A stretch of 64,000 nucleotides of DNA from the human T2T-CHM13v2.0 reference genome, Homo sapiens, in the NCBI RefSeq assembly GCF_009914755.1, contig NC_060929.1; one strand, written 5' to 3'. This document shows positions 13,495-27,261 of the stretch, in pieces. The position numbers and the translations under genes were made by a program. Under the pieces are notes generated by a model. That model was given only the letters and a program-made list of their open reading frames with translations. It ran no database searches and was not told the DNA's origin. How positions within the stretch are numbered: the stretch's first letter is position 1; every line of letters starts with the position of its first letter.

Positions 13495-14970
13495 CCCTCA
13501 CCCTCACCCTCACCCTCTCCCTCACCCTCTCCCTCTCCCTCTCCCTCTCCCGTCTCCCGTCTCCGTCTCCCCACGGTCTCCCTCTCCCTCTCTTTCCACG
13601 GTCTCCCTCTGATGCCCAGCCGAAGCTGGACTGTGCTGCCGCCATCTCGGCTCACTGCAACCTCCCTGCCTGATTCTCCTGCCTCAGCCTGCCGAGTGCC
13701 TGGGATTACAGGCGCGCGCCACCACGCCTGACTGGTTTTCGTATTTTTTTGGTGGAGACGGGGTTTTGCCGTGTTGGCCGGGCTGGTCTCCAGCTCCTGA
13801 CCGCGAGTGATCTGCCAGCCTCGGCCTCCCGAGGTGCCGGGATTGCAGACGGAGTCTCGTTCACTCAGTGCTCAATGTTGCCCAGGCTGGAGTGCAGTGG
13901 CGTGATCTCAGCTCGCTACAACCTCCACCTCCCAGCCGCCTGCCTTGGCCTCCCAAAGTGCCGAGATTGCAGCCTCTGCCTGGCTGCCACCCCGTCTGGG
14001 AAGTGAGGAGCGTCTCTGCCTGGCCGCCCATCGTCTGGGATGTGAGGAGCCCCTCTGCCCGGCTGCCCAGTCTGGGAAGTGAGGAGCGCCTCTTCCTGGC
14101 TGCCATCCCGTCTAGGAAGTGAGGAGCGTCTCTGCCCGGCCACCCATCGTCTGAGATGTGGGGAGCGCCTCTGCCCCGCCGCCTTTCTGGGATGTGAGGA
14201 GTGCCTCTGCCCGGCCGCGACCCCGTCTGGGAGGTGAGGAACGTCTCTGCCCTGCCGCCCCGTCTGAGAAGTGAGGAGCCCCTCTGCCCGGCAGCCGCCC
14301 CGTCTGGGAAGTGAGGAGCGTCTCCGCCCAGCAGCCACCCCGTCTGGGAGGTGTACCCAACAGCTCATTGAGAACAGGCCATGATGATGATGGCGGTTTT
14401 GTCGAATAGAAAAGGGGGAAATGTGGGGAAAAGATAGAGAAATCAGATTGTTGCTGTGTCTGTGTAGAAAGAAGTAGACATGGGAGACTCCATTTTGTTC
14501 TGTACTAAGAAAAATTCTTCTGCCTTGGGATGCTGTTAATCTATAACCTTATCCCCAACCCCATGCTCTCTGAAACATGTGCTGTGTCCATTCAGGGTTA
14601 AATGGATTAAGGGCGGTGCAAGATGTGCTTTGTTAAACAGATGCTTGAAGGCAGCGTGCTCAAAAAAAAAAAAAAAAAAAAAAAAAGAGTCATCACCACT
14701 GCCTAATCTCAAGTACCCAGGGACACAAACACTGCGGAAGGCCTCAGGGTCCTCTGCCTAGGAAAACCAGAGACCTTTGTTCACTTGTTTATCTGTTGAC
14801 CTTCCCTCCACTATTGTCCTATGACCCTGCCAAATCCCCCTCTGTGAGAAACACCCAAGAATGATCAATAAATACTAAAAAAAAAAAAAAAAATAACTTG
14901 AATAAAAAAATATATAAAAAATAAATAAATAAATAAAATATTTTTCTGATTACACACACACAAAAAAAAA
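13495..14970 (+). mobile_element. SVA retrotransposon, full structure, older subfamily (A-C, most like SVA_B)
   Basis: CCCTCA/CCCTCT hexamers 13495-13550, Alu-like region about 13610-13965, VNTR about 13965-14351, SINE-R about 14352-14876 with AATAAA at 14867, then A17. TSD is A-run+AGGTAAC at 13489-13495 and 14972-14978. Confidence 0.97.
13965..14351 (+). repeat. SVA VNTR, about 10 GC-rich units of roughly 37-40 bp
   Basis: Repeated 'CCCGTCTGGGAAGTGAGGAGCG(T/C)CTCTGCCCGGC' units. Confidence 0.93.
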
Positions 14971-15825
14971 TAGGTAACTATTGAAAATATTTTTTAAAAA
15001 GAATGCTTCTCTTATGGAAGGCTCTATACTAATTTTTAATTATGGTATTTTCCATAAAAATTTGTTCATATATGGTTATCATGACTAAGCATACTATTTT
15101 TTCTAAACGTTCTCCCCATTTTGTTCTTTTTGTTTAATACATCACAATTAAATGGAATCAGATAATAAAATCATTATAGGACTTTTAAAAGACATGACTA
15201 AGTGAGATTTCTGAACATCATATTCAATAGTTTCAGATCAACTGTGCATATTCTTATTGACCTATATCTCCTTTAATTAGCTGAAAGTATTACCTAGATG
15301 TTACTCTTGGAAATTCAGGTATTCACAAAATTGTGTGAATGTTAAAGACTAACATGGAAGAAAACTGTTATGTCCACCCAAAGAAAATTTTAACATTACT
15401 CTAATGAAGTTTAAGCTTCAGGGAACGTCACTTGCAAGGCTTCCTTCCAAGATCCTATGCCTTAATTGTTTTTGTAATTTTATATTTTTTCTAAAGAGGA
15501 TCCCCCAAATTGTATACAAAATATATATTTTGTAGGATTATGATACACACATATATATAATAACTTAGATCTCTGAGTCTACTTTCTGCAACTAGTTCTA
15601 ATCATGTGGGTATAGACTCATTCTGTCATGTCAGATATAGATAGAAGCTTTAGCTTCAAAAAGAAAATAGTACAAATGGATAACCAAGACTAAGAATGTG
15701 TATAAAAATGCTTTAATTATTTCTTTAATAAAAATAGGAAAAAAATTATAATTTCCCCTCTGTGGTCTTAGTATTGGTGAGAGACTAAACATGGAATTAA
15801 ATAAAATATTTAAAAAATTTCTGAT

Positions 15826-16070
15826 ACTGCATATTCTCACTTATACATGGGAGTTAAATGATGAGAACACACGGACACATAGAGGGGAACAACAGATCCT
15901 GGGGCCTACCTGAGGGTGAAGGGTGAGAGGAGAGAAAGGATCAGGGAAAATAACTAATGGGTGCCAGGCTTAATACCTGGGTGACAAAATAATCTGTACA
16001 ACAAACCCCATGACACAAGTTTATCTGTATAACAGACCTGTACATGTACCCCTGAACTTAAAAAAAAAAA
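15826..16070 (+). mobile_element. Older L1PA (about PA13-16) 3' end
   Basis: Same 3' UTR type as 13221-13489, ending CATGTACCCCTGAACTT+A11. Confidence 0.9.
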
Positions 16071-16885
16071 CATTTATTTTCTGTGCAGAGTGAGTGTTGC
16101 TATTAATTATGACTTGATGAGTTTTCTTAGCACTCTTTATGTAACAATTACATTCCATTAAATTGGGAGATTCCCTCCCCTATTTAAACAATACACAGGC
16201 AATTATGCATGTATTATATATGTGGCATTCTCAAGTAAGGTTTTGAGTAAAATTTGTATGATATTAATTACCCATGTCTACAAGTTGTTTGGCAATAATC
16301 TTAAAAAAATTATAACACAGTTTTAATTTAAATAACTCATTTTCTAGACATGAAGAATGAAAAAAATTAAATTTGAATGGGCAACTTAGAAGCATTTAAA
16401 TATATATATGCATACAAATTATATAATTTCCAAAATTTTCTGGAATTGAGAGAAAATGAAAAATATAGAACCAGAGTATTTTCAAATGGTGCTGCTTCAT
16501 AGAATATATACTATAAAATATTTTCAAATTTTTGAACTTTTAAATGTTCATTTATAATACAACTCTTGCAATAAATAAAATATTGGCCAAATAATTGATA
16601 ACAGAAAGTAAAATTATTGCATAATTTTTGTGTACGAAATCCTGACAATAATTTTTATATTTTAAAGCATTGTTAATTTGATGTTGGCTAAAAATAGAAT
16701 GAATGATATAGACAGCATTTAGCATGTACTATAAGATAATGATGTTTTAACATACAAAAGAGCCATGAAGTAGACAAAAGGCTAGGTTTCTTACAAGAAA
16801 AGAAATAGAATAGAATAAGCTTAAAATATATAGTTCAGTAAAAAAATAAGCACACAGCACTAATTGTGCTACTCTATTGCACTTT

Positions 16886-17330
16886 TATTAGTTAGGATTC
16901 ACTTGACTATAAATTATAGAAATCTAACTCAAATAAAATGGAAATTTGTCTTACAATTCAGAAGTCTCACCAACCATAGACCAGAGATTTTAGTTTCTCA
17001 TTGCTCTTTCTCTCTGTAAGATAGCCTAATGTTCTCAGACTATCTCTCCCATCAGAGTGTCTGAAAGAAGCAATACACTCACATATTTTCAGCTTCAGTA
17101 CCCCAGTCCAAATTTTCAAAATATCTGGAAAGAGATCTGGCCAACCTGGGTCATCATTCGTCCTTGAAATGACAGCAGCCAGGAGTAGAGTGCTGTAAGT
17201 GACATATAATGGGCTGAATCTTTACTCGCAGCACAAATTACTGTGTGCACAGAGATTTCACATTTTTTAGAAAGCACTGTTTCTTTTTTATCACATGGCT
17301 AAGGAGACAAAAAGAACAATGTTCTAAAAA
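16886..17330 (-). mobile_element. Old MLT1 (J/K/L-like) LTR remnant
   Basis: 'TATTAGTTAGGATTC..TAGAAATCTAACTCAAA' resembles the MLT1J-L terminus; the right boundary is uncertain. Confidence 0.45.
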
Positions 17331-18658
17331 AGATGTCTCTCATGTCTAATTAAATTCTTTTAGATTTTCTTGAAAATATATTAAGGGACCCTGAATATTT
17401 TAAGTATAGATTTTCAAACAGGAGCAAATTTTAAAGTTCACCTAATCGTACTGTATGATTGATGCCACAAGAGGGATGAGTAGTAACACTTTAGACTAGA
17501 ACCCAATTTCCTTTACTTATAGGACCTTGACTTGTCTATGACATTAAGCTGCAAAACCAGTCTCAAAATATGATCACATAGAGAGTTAAGGAGGTGTAAA
17601 TAGAAGTACAGCAAAGAGAAACAGAGAATGAAGTCTTGCTTGTAGATAATGCCACTATTAATATAGAGGGCTAAGAAGGATTTCTGTGGATGGTTTTTTA
17701 AAAAGAATTTAAAGGCTCACTTCTGCCAGAAAAGCCTAATGTAAATATACTTTTAAAATGTTTTCCCCCTTGACATTCAAGTGATTTATTTAAATGGATG
17801 TCTTTCCCTAGCACTTCTATGTTTATCAGAAGAGCCAACATATACCTTCTACTTATGATTTAAGACTGGAATCAATTACTTTCTAAAGTGAATACTGAAA
17901 GAAAAGAATATATGGGACTCTAAGGACAAATAGTTCTTTCAAACCATGCTATAGTTAACATCTGTGGTCTTCTCCCTCAATTTTATGTGTTCTTATTTAA
18001 CTAGCAGTGATTTCCCTCAGGTCTCAAGTAAGCTAGTTACCCTACCATTGCTTCCTGCCAGGAAGGTGATTTAGAAGACATGTTCAGTGCTTAGGCTGGA
18101 CCCATCCCTTTCAATGCCCTGAGCAGTAGGAGAGCACCAGATTAGTGTAGGAAGTGAGAGGCCTAATTGTTGGGGACATTTTTAGGGCACTGAGGCCATG
18201 TGGCTATGATAAGAAAACAGTCTGTATAACCAGACTGGTTCCTTTATTGACTCTAAGCATATCATGTGTATCCATTCCTTTTTAATTTGTTTACCATTCG
18301 TGTCCTGTTTTGAATCTTTTAAAACTCATCATGCCCATCCTTTGAATCTCAACTGAAGGTCTATTTCCCATATGATTCCCTTCCAAACACTGTAGGCCAC
18401 ACTCGAGTATGGATGTGGATAGATTCAAGTGTTGACCGTGTCTCCTGTTTTAAGTTTCAGTTTGTTGTAGTTGCTGAACTAAGACTATTTTTTGATCCAT
18501 TAACTGATTCACTCATTTATTCTATAAATATTTGTTCAGTGCCCATTGTGTTCCAGGCATTGTTCTGAATGTTGGACATGGACTTTAGTCATTTATATAT
18601 ACCATAATGATTTATAAATACAATAGACAGTCAACACCTCTTGAATGATTGAAGTAAT

Positions 18659-19367
18659 AAATAGTCCCCCCTTGTCTAGTTTCACTTTCTGAGGTTTCCA
18701 TTACTCATGGTCAGCCACAGTTCACAAATTTTAAATGGAAAATTATAGCAATAAACAGTTCGTAAGTTTTAAATTCCACCCCATTCTGAGTAATGTGATG
18801 AAATCTCACATCTTCCTGCTCAGGATGTGAATCATTCCTTTGTCCAGTGTATCTAGACTGTCTGAGTGACCCAGCTGTTAGTCGCTTAGGAGCCATCTTG
18901 GTCATGAGACCCACTTTAACAGTGTCACAGTGCCTGTATTCAAATAAGCCTTATTTTACTTAATAATGGACCCAAAGTGAGAGGAATGGTGCTGGCAATT
19001 CAGATATGCCAAAGAGAAGCTGTAAAGTGTTTCCTTTAAGTGAAAAGGTAAAAATTATTGATTTAAAAAGAAAAGAAAAAAATTGTATCCTGAGGTTGGT
19101 GAGATGTATGGTAAAAATGAATCTTCTGTCCATGAAATTGTGAAGGAAAAATAAATTGGTGCTATTTTTGCCACAAACTGCAGAAAAGTTAAGCCACAGT
19201 GAATCTTAAGTGCTCAGTTAAGATGCAAAAGATACTAAACTTGAGAGTAGCAGACATGAACAGAAACACATTCCGCTTGATGGCAATCAGGTTTAGTTCT
19301 ATCAGACGTTTCAGGAATCTACTGAGGTTCTTGAAACATATCACTTGTGGATAAGCGGGGACTGCTG
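18659..19367 (+). mobile_element. MER44 (C/D-size) Tigger7-derived DNA transposon
   Basis: TIRs 'TAGTCCCCCCTTGTC' and 'GGATAAGCGGGGACTGCTG'; internal 'TAAATGGAAAATT..AATAAACAGTTCGTAAGTTTTAAATT..GTGATGAAATCTC'; about 709 bp. Confidence 0.88.
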
Positions 19368-21333
19368 TTGTAAATGAATGAGAAAAGGAATACACAGAAA
19401 TAGAATCCACTGTGGTATGGGAAGAAAAAATTGTTTATTAATTCAAAGCAAGTAGAAAATCCACGAACTATATTATTATGACATTCTGATAGAAGGAACT
19501 CACACCAAAACCTGGCACCAAGGCAAAATATTTTATGAGAAAACTTAAGGCCTGAAATAGTGCTTTTTCAAACGAGTTCTGGAATCAGTTTCCCTTTACT
19601 AGAAGGAAAGAGTGTTTTAATTCCATGAATATATTTAAAAACTTTCAAACCTTGCCTCTACACACTATATATTTAGGGTAGAGAAGATTAAGTACTACCC
19701 TTTACTTTCATCCAATAAATGTGTGAATCTTTACATTTCTTCAAATTTCTGTGAAGTCAACTCTGCTTAAGAATCACCAAGATAACTCTTTGTTTATAGG
19801 GATTCTTGCTGGGATCTTTTCCAAAATAAGGAATTCTTCTGTAATGTAAATTTCTCTAAGTCTTATCCATATTTCTCAAATCGTAGGAATTCTGTGCTAA
19901 CAGTGTTAGCCAGCAACATGCAAAGCTGTTTGGCAGCCATGGTGAGGACGGCAAGTGGAACAGCAGTTTTGCATTTCATCATAAGCCATTGCATGGGGCC
20001 ATAGTTAAGTATAACTTCTGGGGTCTTATTGCCTCAGCCTAAATCCTGGTCCAACATTTCCCAAAATGTGATTGAGAAGAAGGTTTTCATTTTTCCTATT
20101 TCTGTCTCAATGTCCAAAGGTATATAATTGGGAAAATAATTATACCTGACAGTAGACCGTTTAATACCTCAGGTGGACTATTATATAGGTTTTGTACAAA
20201 CATTAACGATTGATCTGAAAATAGGACAGCTATGTACAAAGTTTGAAGAACCTCAGGGAGTACATGCAGATTATGCTGTCTTACCCAACATTACAATTTA
20301 GAGGAGGAACTGTAATGTATGGAACATTAATAAATCTATAGGTGAATGGCTATGAAAGTAGTACTTTAAAATTTTGATGTATAGTATATTTTTAGCTCCT
20401 CTCACCAAAAACTCCTGAACAAGATAAATTCATTTCTTTCTCATATGATGGTTCAAGGCAGGTGTTACTTGGGGACAGGAACAACTCTCTTCCTTGCTAT
20501 CTGTCACACAGAAACTCACATTGATGAAAACTCTGATGAGGTATCCAAGGATAGCATGATAATCTTATTTCAGTGATCTGTAGTGTAAAGATTTAGGGAT
20601 GTTTTCATTGGTTAAACCCCAAAATAGCACATATCACTTCAACTTCATCACATGGACAGACCATAATAAAAGGAATTATTAAAAATACTGTCTAATTTTG
20701 TGCACTTGAAGAAGAGAATGTAGTTTTCATTGTGATTGTCTTGTTTTTGTAAACAGCAAGCAGTTTCTGCCACAGTTTGCCCCTCTGGTCATGAAATATT
20801 AATATTAATTTGTAGCCTTTTTCCTATGTTTAAAGCAGAAGACTCTTCTTCTCTTCAAGTGAGGGAAACTAAAACCCCATGTCACACCTGCACCAATTTT
20901 AAAATCAAATATTTCAAAAGTATTTGGAAGATGCTCAGTTCTATTGATGAAGACCAGTGTGTATTCTTGTGTTTTGATTCCCAGGAACTAAAAGTCAGCA
21001 TACACTAGTGAAGCAAGTATATAACAACCATAAAAAAGCCCATTCTGAAAATGGATGAATGGGAAACTCATGGCAGGCACTCTCACAGAGCAATGTTGAA
21101 CTCCTTCTGGGAAGGTATTTCTAAAACTTTTCTGCGATGGCAGTGGAGGAAATTTAATGGTTAGATCTGAAGTCAGCATTCTGGAAGGAATCCTTGTCTA
21201 TTGATCTCTATGAACACCAGTGCTATCCTTTTAGAGGGTCTTTCTTGTATATTTTCTTCTACAGACATCTTTGAAGTGGGGACTGGGGAGTATTGCTCTC
21301 CTGGGAAGCTGCATAGCTTTTAAAGCCCAATTT

Positions 21334-22907
<1,574 letters not shown>

Positions 22908-25900
22908 AAAGCCCAATTTGTAATCACACACAATTAGGAGCCTAAAGGTTATTTTACATTCTGTGATTTTGAAAAATTGCTTTTTTTTTTTTTTGGCCAA
23001 GCTCATAATTCTTTAGCAATAGAAATTCCTCCAAAAACTTATTAAATTTCTAATGTATTTGTTTCCATTTTAATGCTAGTAAGCATACCCAAGATCTTTT
23101 TTTAGATTCACTTTTCAAGCTCTCTGAATTTTCTTGCTGCTTTGATCCCATGCCTATTTCTTTCACCAAAGTAGTAGCTGCCATCTGAACAATAGGTTTT
23201 CATAAGAAGGTAACATCCTTAATCTTATTTTTAGTTTCAGGACGGAGTACCTTTTATAACTGAGAAAACTTCTTGTGACTTTGTGCTCAAAGCCTTTTTC
23301 GCTTATATCTCTTATGTTAGTAGTTTTGAAGAAGTTGGCTTTTCCAGCACTGCAAGACCCTTAATGTCTGCCTGCAAATCAGTCAGTTCTTTCCTGAGCT
23401 CATTTATTTCTCAAATATAATACATGTAATTGGGCAAATACATTATTTAGCAGCCAGTTTAAATGAATCCTGACTTTTTCCCAACCTCTTTCCCCTGAGC
23501 TACAGTTTTGGTAGATTGTTGGTCTTTCTTCAAAATCTTCATAAGCAGCAGTTTAAACAAATATTTGACTAAAGAATAACGTTATTTTTAGCATTTTAGT
23601 ATGCTATATCTGTATAACTGCCTACTGCTACCATTTTTAAGTAGTGAATTTTAAGAACATAATGCAATTCGCTATTTCAGTCTGTCATAAGGAAGATCCT
23701 GGAGACACTGAGGGAGATTTTTTAAGCTAGGGCTGGTAGTAGCACATTTCACTTCAGCTCACATTTCTTTGTACAATATGCAGGCACACTCTAAGACCTA
23801 ACTACAATGGAGGCTGAAACATGCAAGTCTAGCTATGTGTCCAGGATGAAGAGAAATGAATTTTGGTGAATATGTGAATATGTCTGTTACAACTTCTCAT
23901 GGATTCAGTATGCACATTAACTTTTTCCCCTCATTATTTTACCGGAATTGGAGTTTTTACTGGGAGTTCTGTTTGAAATTTTTTCATGTAATTGCCTATT
24001 TTGAGTTATATAAATAAGCATTTTCTACCATTTCTGGATATAAATATATGAAAAAACAAATGTGCATTTTTAATGCATTATGAGATAAAACTGAAAAAAC
24101 AATAACATTTTCTCACACTTTAGTAAAGGTAAAATAAAAATTTACCACTTTTTAACAGATTATCATATTACTCTTTTGACAAAATATGATTGAATCAAAT
24201 TAAGATGGTTGAACGTTATCTGAAATTTCTTAGATATCCTATTAGAATCAAAATGTTCCAAGAAATACTAAATTTATATATTAATATACTTGAAACTTCC
24301 TGAAGAGAAGGAGAAACTTCCAAAGACATTACCCTATCATCAAAGTATATAGAAGAAAAGAGATATAAGGTCATAGCAAAGTCTAACTCTAAGAATTTAG
24401 GGACCATGTCTTTACCTCTGAATTTCCAGCTTTAGACAAGGGCTGGACAAATAGTACGAGCTCAGTATATGAACCAGTGAGTGAAAAAGAATGATTCATG
24501 AGTCACAATAGTAGCCACTGTAAAGGGATGTGAGAACTTGAATTTTCCCAGAAAATCACTGTTATGCAAGTCTTTAAAATCTATGTGAAATATATGAACA
24601 TACTTCCAAATAATAAATATCATTTCTGTAATTTTGTAGTAATGACTAAGCATAAATTAATTGTAAATACTCAAAGGATACATAGTAATAAAATGCAATT
24701 ATGTTATTTCTTGGTTTTTATATTTGGAAATCGGCTGATTATTGAAACTGTATGGGAAGTATTTGAAATGTTTTGAAGACTTGGATAATAACAGATTTTT
24801 AAAGCAAAATGGGAAATATGACAAAAGATAAAATTATAATATTAACAGTCTATAAGATTACTATGAGGTGAAAAGGCATTACACAGGTGAATTATAAGAA
24901 ATAAGTATTGTGGCAATCATGGAATATTTTTCATTAGCAAGAAATTAGGTTAAATATCTGTAAGAAAAAGTTTGCTGATTCTTTTTAAATTAATGGGTAC
25001 GGAAGAGTGTGAATAGACTATCAATGCTGTAAAATAATTTAATAATTGATATCATGTGGTCACATTTATTAATTTTTTTCAAACTGGTCTGGATATGAAT
25101 GTTATCAGAGAAAAATTTTAAAAGGATAATTAGATAAGTTGTGTAGGGAGAGAATGAAACAGTAAAGTTAATATTTTTTAGATGAGTTTTAAAAAATATA
25201 AATTTTTTCTTAGTCTTTTCCATTATTTTGAAGCTAAGTTTATTTAAAACATTACTAAAGAGATGAAGAATATGAAAATATTACCATAGGTTGAATCTAA
25301 AAATATATGAGGTAAAATTTTCAAAAATATTTCTATTATCACTAGCGCCTGGTGATTCAATATTAGCAAAGTCTTTCTTAACAAGAAAATATTTATAGCA
25401 AAGGATTACCAGCCAAATGTCAAGCAATATGCTTAGTATGAGGGCTAACTCAGTGAGTGAGCCAGACGAGCGGCTAATTGCTTGGTGCTAAAATTATCAC
25501 AGAATTTTCCTCTAGTCTGTATAATTGAACTTCTCTGTGTTTGAGGAGAGCAATCAGAAACTCATCACTCCTCACTCTAACTTACCTTACCCTTAACTTA
25601 CCTTACCCAAAGTTGTAACTTTGTGCATCTGGACACATCTTCCTAATAAAGCTAGGTACATGTTTCTTCACTTCCAAATCATGTAGGTGGAACAGAATTA
25701 TTCTTCTGATTTTATAAGCTATCTTTTTTTAAAGTGTGAGTCAATGGCAGAGTAGCAATTGAAACCAAGAGGAAAAAAAGCAAGAATGTACAGGTAATAT
25801 ATGACGGGACTACACGTGAAAAGCTAAGTAAGTCAAGATCAAATATGGACATCACTTTTTACAAATAGCAAAATGATTTCATTGCCAATGAAAAGGATCA

Positions 25901-26948
25901 GAAATATTTTACTCTATAGAATTCACTAGAAATAAACTTTGAAAAGAGGAAAGGAAATCCAGTGACAGCTAGATTGTATTGTACTATTATGAAGAAAAGT
26001 ACTGAGAATTTTTGTTGGAAACCATCAGAAAGAGGCCTGGGAAAAATGAGACAGCATGTCTCATAAACATAACTATGAAGACAAAGTAGATCTAATAATT
26101 TTGCTTTTCCTCCTATTTCATTGTTTCTCCATTAGAGTGAAAAAGAATTGTAGAAATCCAGGTCCCTGCTGTGCCCTTTTTGAAGAACGAGGCATACAAG
26201 CTGTTGATAAATGCTATGTCTCCGTCAGAGAGAATAGGATCTTGACATCACCCCATGGGTTTAATTTTAAAATGAATATAAATGGCTTTAAGTGCTTTTT
26301 ATTGTTCTGTTTGTGTCGGCAGTGTGAGCCATAGGTCTCCTATATTGCACTGTAAATAAACAATATGTCGCTAGCATTAGACTCACCATGATGGATGGTA
26401 TACCTTTCTCAACCCTCAATTGTCTCATTATCCAAGTTCTATTGGGTCATTAAACAAACATTAGAAATGTGGATACTTGCTCTCCCTTGAATGAAATTAC
26501 TCACTTGGGACTCTTGGCTCCAGAATGACTCAGTAACTAAAACCTCTTGCAAAACTATATATGTATAGCATTAATTTCACACTGTATTTATCAATGCTTT
26601 GATTTTATAGCATGACCTGTATGAGTAAGCATATAAAATACCTCTCTTTTTTAGTATTAGAGCCTACTGATTTATATACAATATTTGAATGTTGTCTAAT
26701 ATCCATAGCAGAGGGTGAACATTAGTATATTCAAGATTTGTGTTTCTGTTTATACTTTTCTACCTAACACTAATTGTTAACTTTAGTAAGAGGCTCTGTC
26801 TTACTCATAGAACATTTCAGGGAAAACTGAGACGTTCTGAATTCTACAGATTCTACATTTCACACAAGGCTGCCAGTCTCATCTAAAGAACAAATAATTA
26901 GCTCTGAAAGCAGAAGTACACAAAAAAAGCAGAATTAATGCATTTGCT

Positions 26949-27070
26949 GGCCAGTACAGTGCCTCATGCCTGTAATCCCAACACTTTGGGAGGCCGAGGC
27001 AGGAGGATCTTTTGAGTCCAGGAGTTTGAGATCAGCATGGGCAACATAGCAAGAACTGGCTGCTGCACAA

Positions 27071-27124
<54 letters not shown>

Positions 27125-27261
27125 CAAATGTGGTGGTGCATGCCTGTATTCCCGCTACTCTAGAGGCTGAGGTGAAAGCATCGCTTGAGCCCAAGAGGCT
27201 GAGGCTGCAGTGAGCTGCAGATGACCGAGTAAGATCCTGTCTCAAAAAAAAAAAAAAAAAA
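26949..27261 (+). mobile_element. AluJ with a deletion in the right arm
   Basis: 'GGAGGATC..TTGAG..CAGGAGTTTGAGA..GGGCAACATAGCAAGA' and 'GAGGCTGCAGTGAGC', followed by a poly(A) tail. Confidence 0.92.
27071..27121. repeat. (AAT)17 microsatellite in the Alu central linker
   Basis: Perfect trinucleotide run. Confidence 0.95.

Noticed and set aside
13965-14351. Regular ~38-bp repeats resembling a CRISPR array
   Set aside because: They are head-to-tail units with no unique spacers and no cas genes; this is the SVA VNTR.
13221-16070. Two similar L1 3' ends about 2.3 kb apart as a local duplication
   Set aside because: The flanks are unrelated and the copies differ at many positions, which fits independent insertions of one subfamily.
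25449-25473. CTCAGTGAGTGAGCCAGACGAGCG resembles the AAV ITR Rep-binding element
   Set aside because: The match is short and imperfect, with no ITR palindrome or viral ORF nearby; it is probably chance.
25578-25608. Short tandem duplication TAACTTACCTTACCC x2 (similarly TGGATAGTAGTG x2 near 4219-4245)
   Set aside because: These are ordinary slippage duplications with nothing suggesting function.
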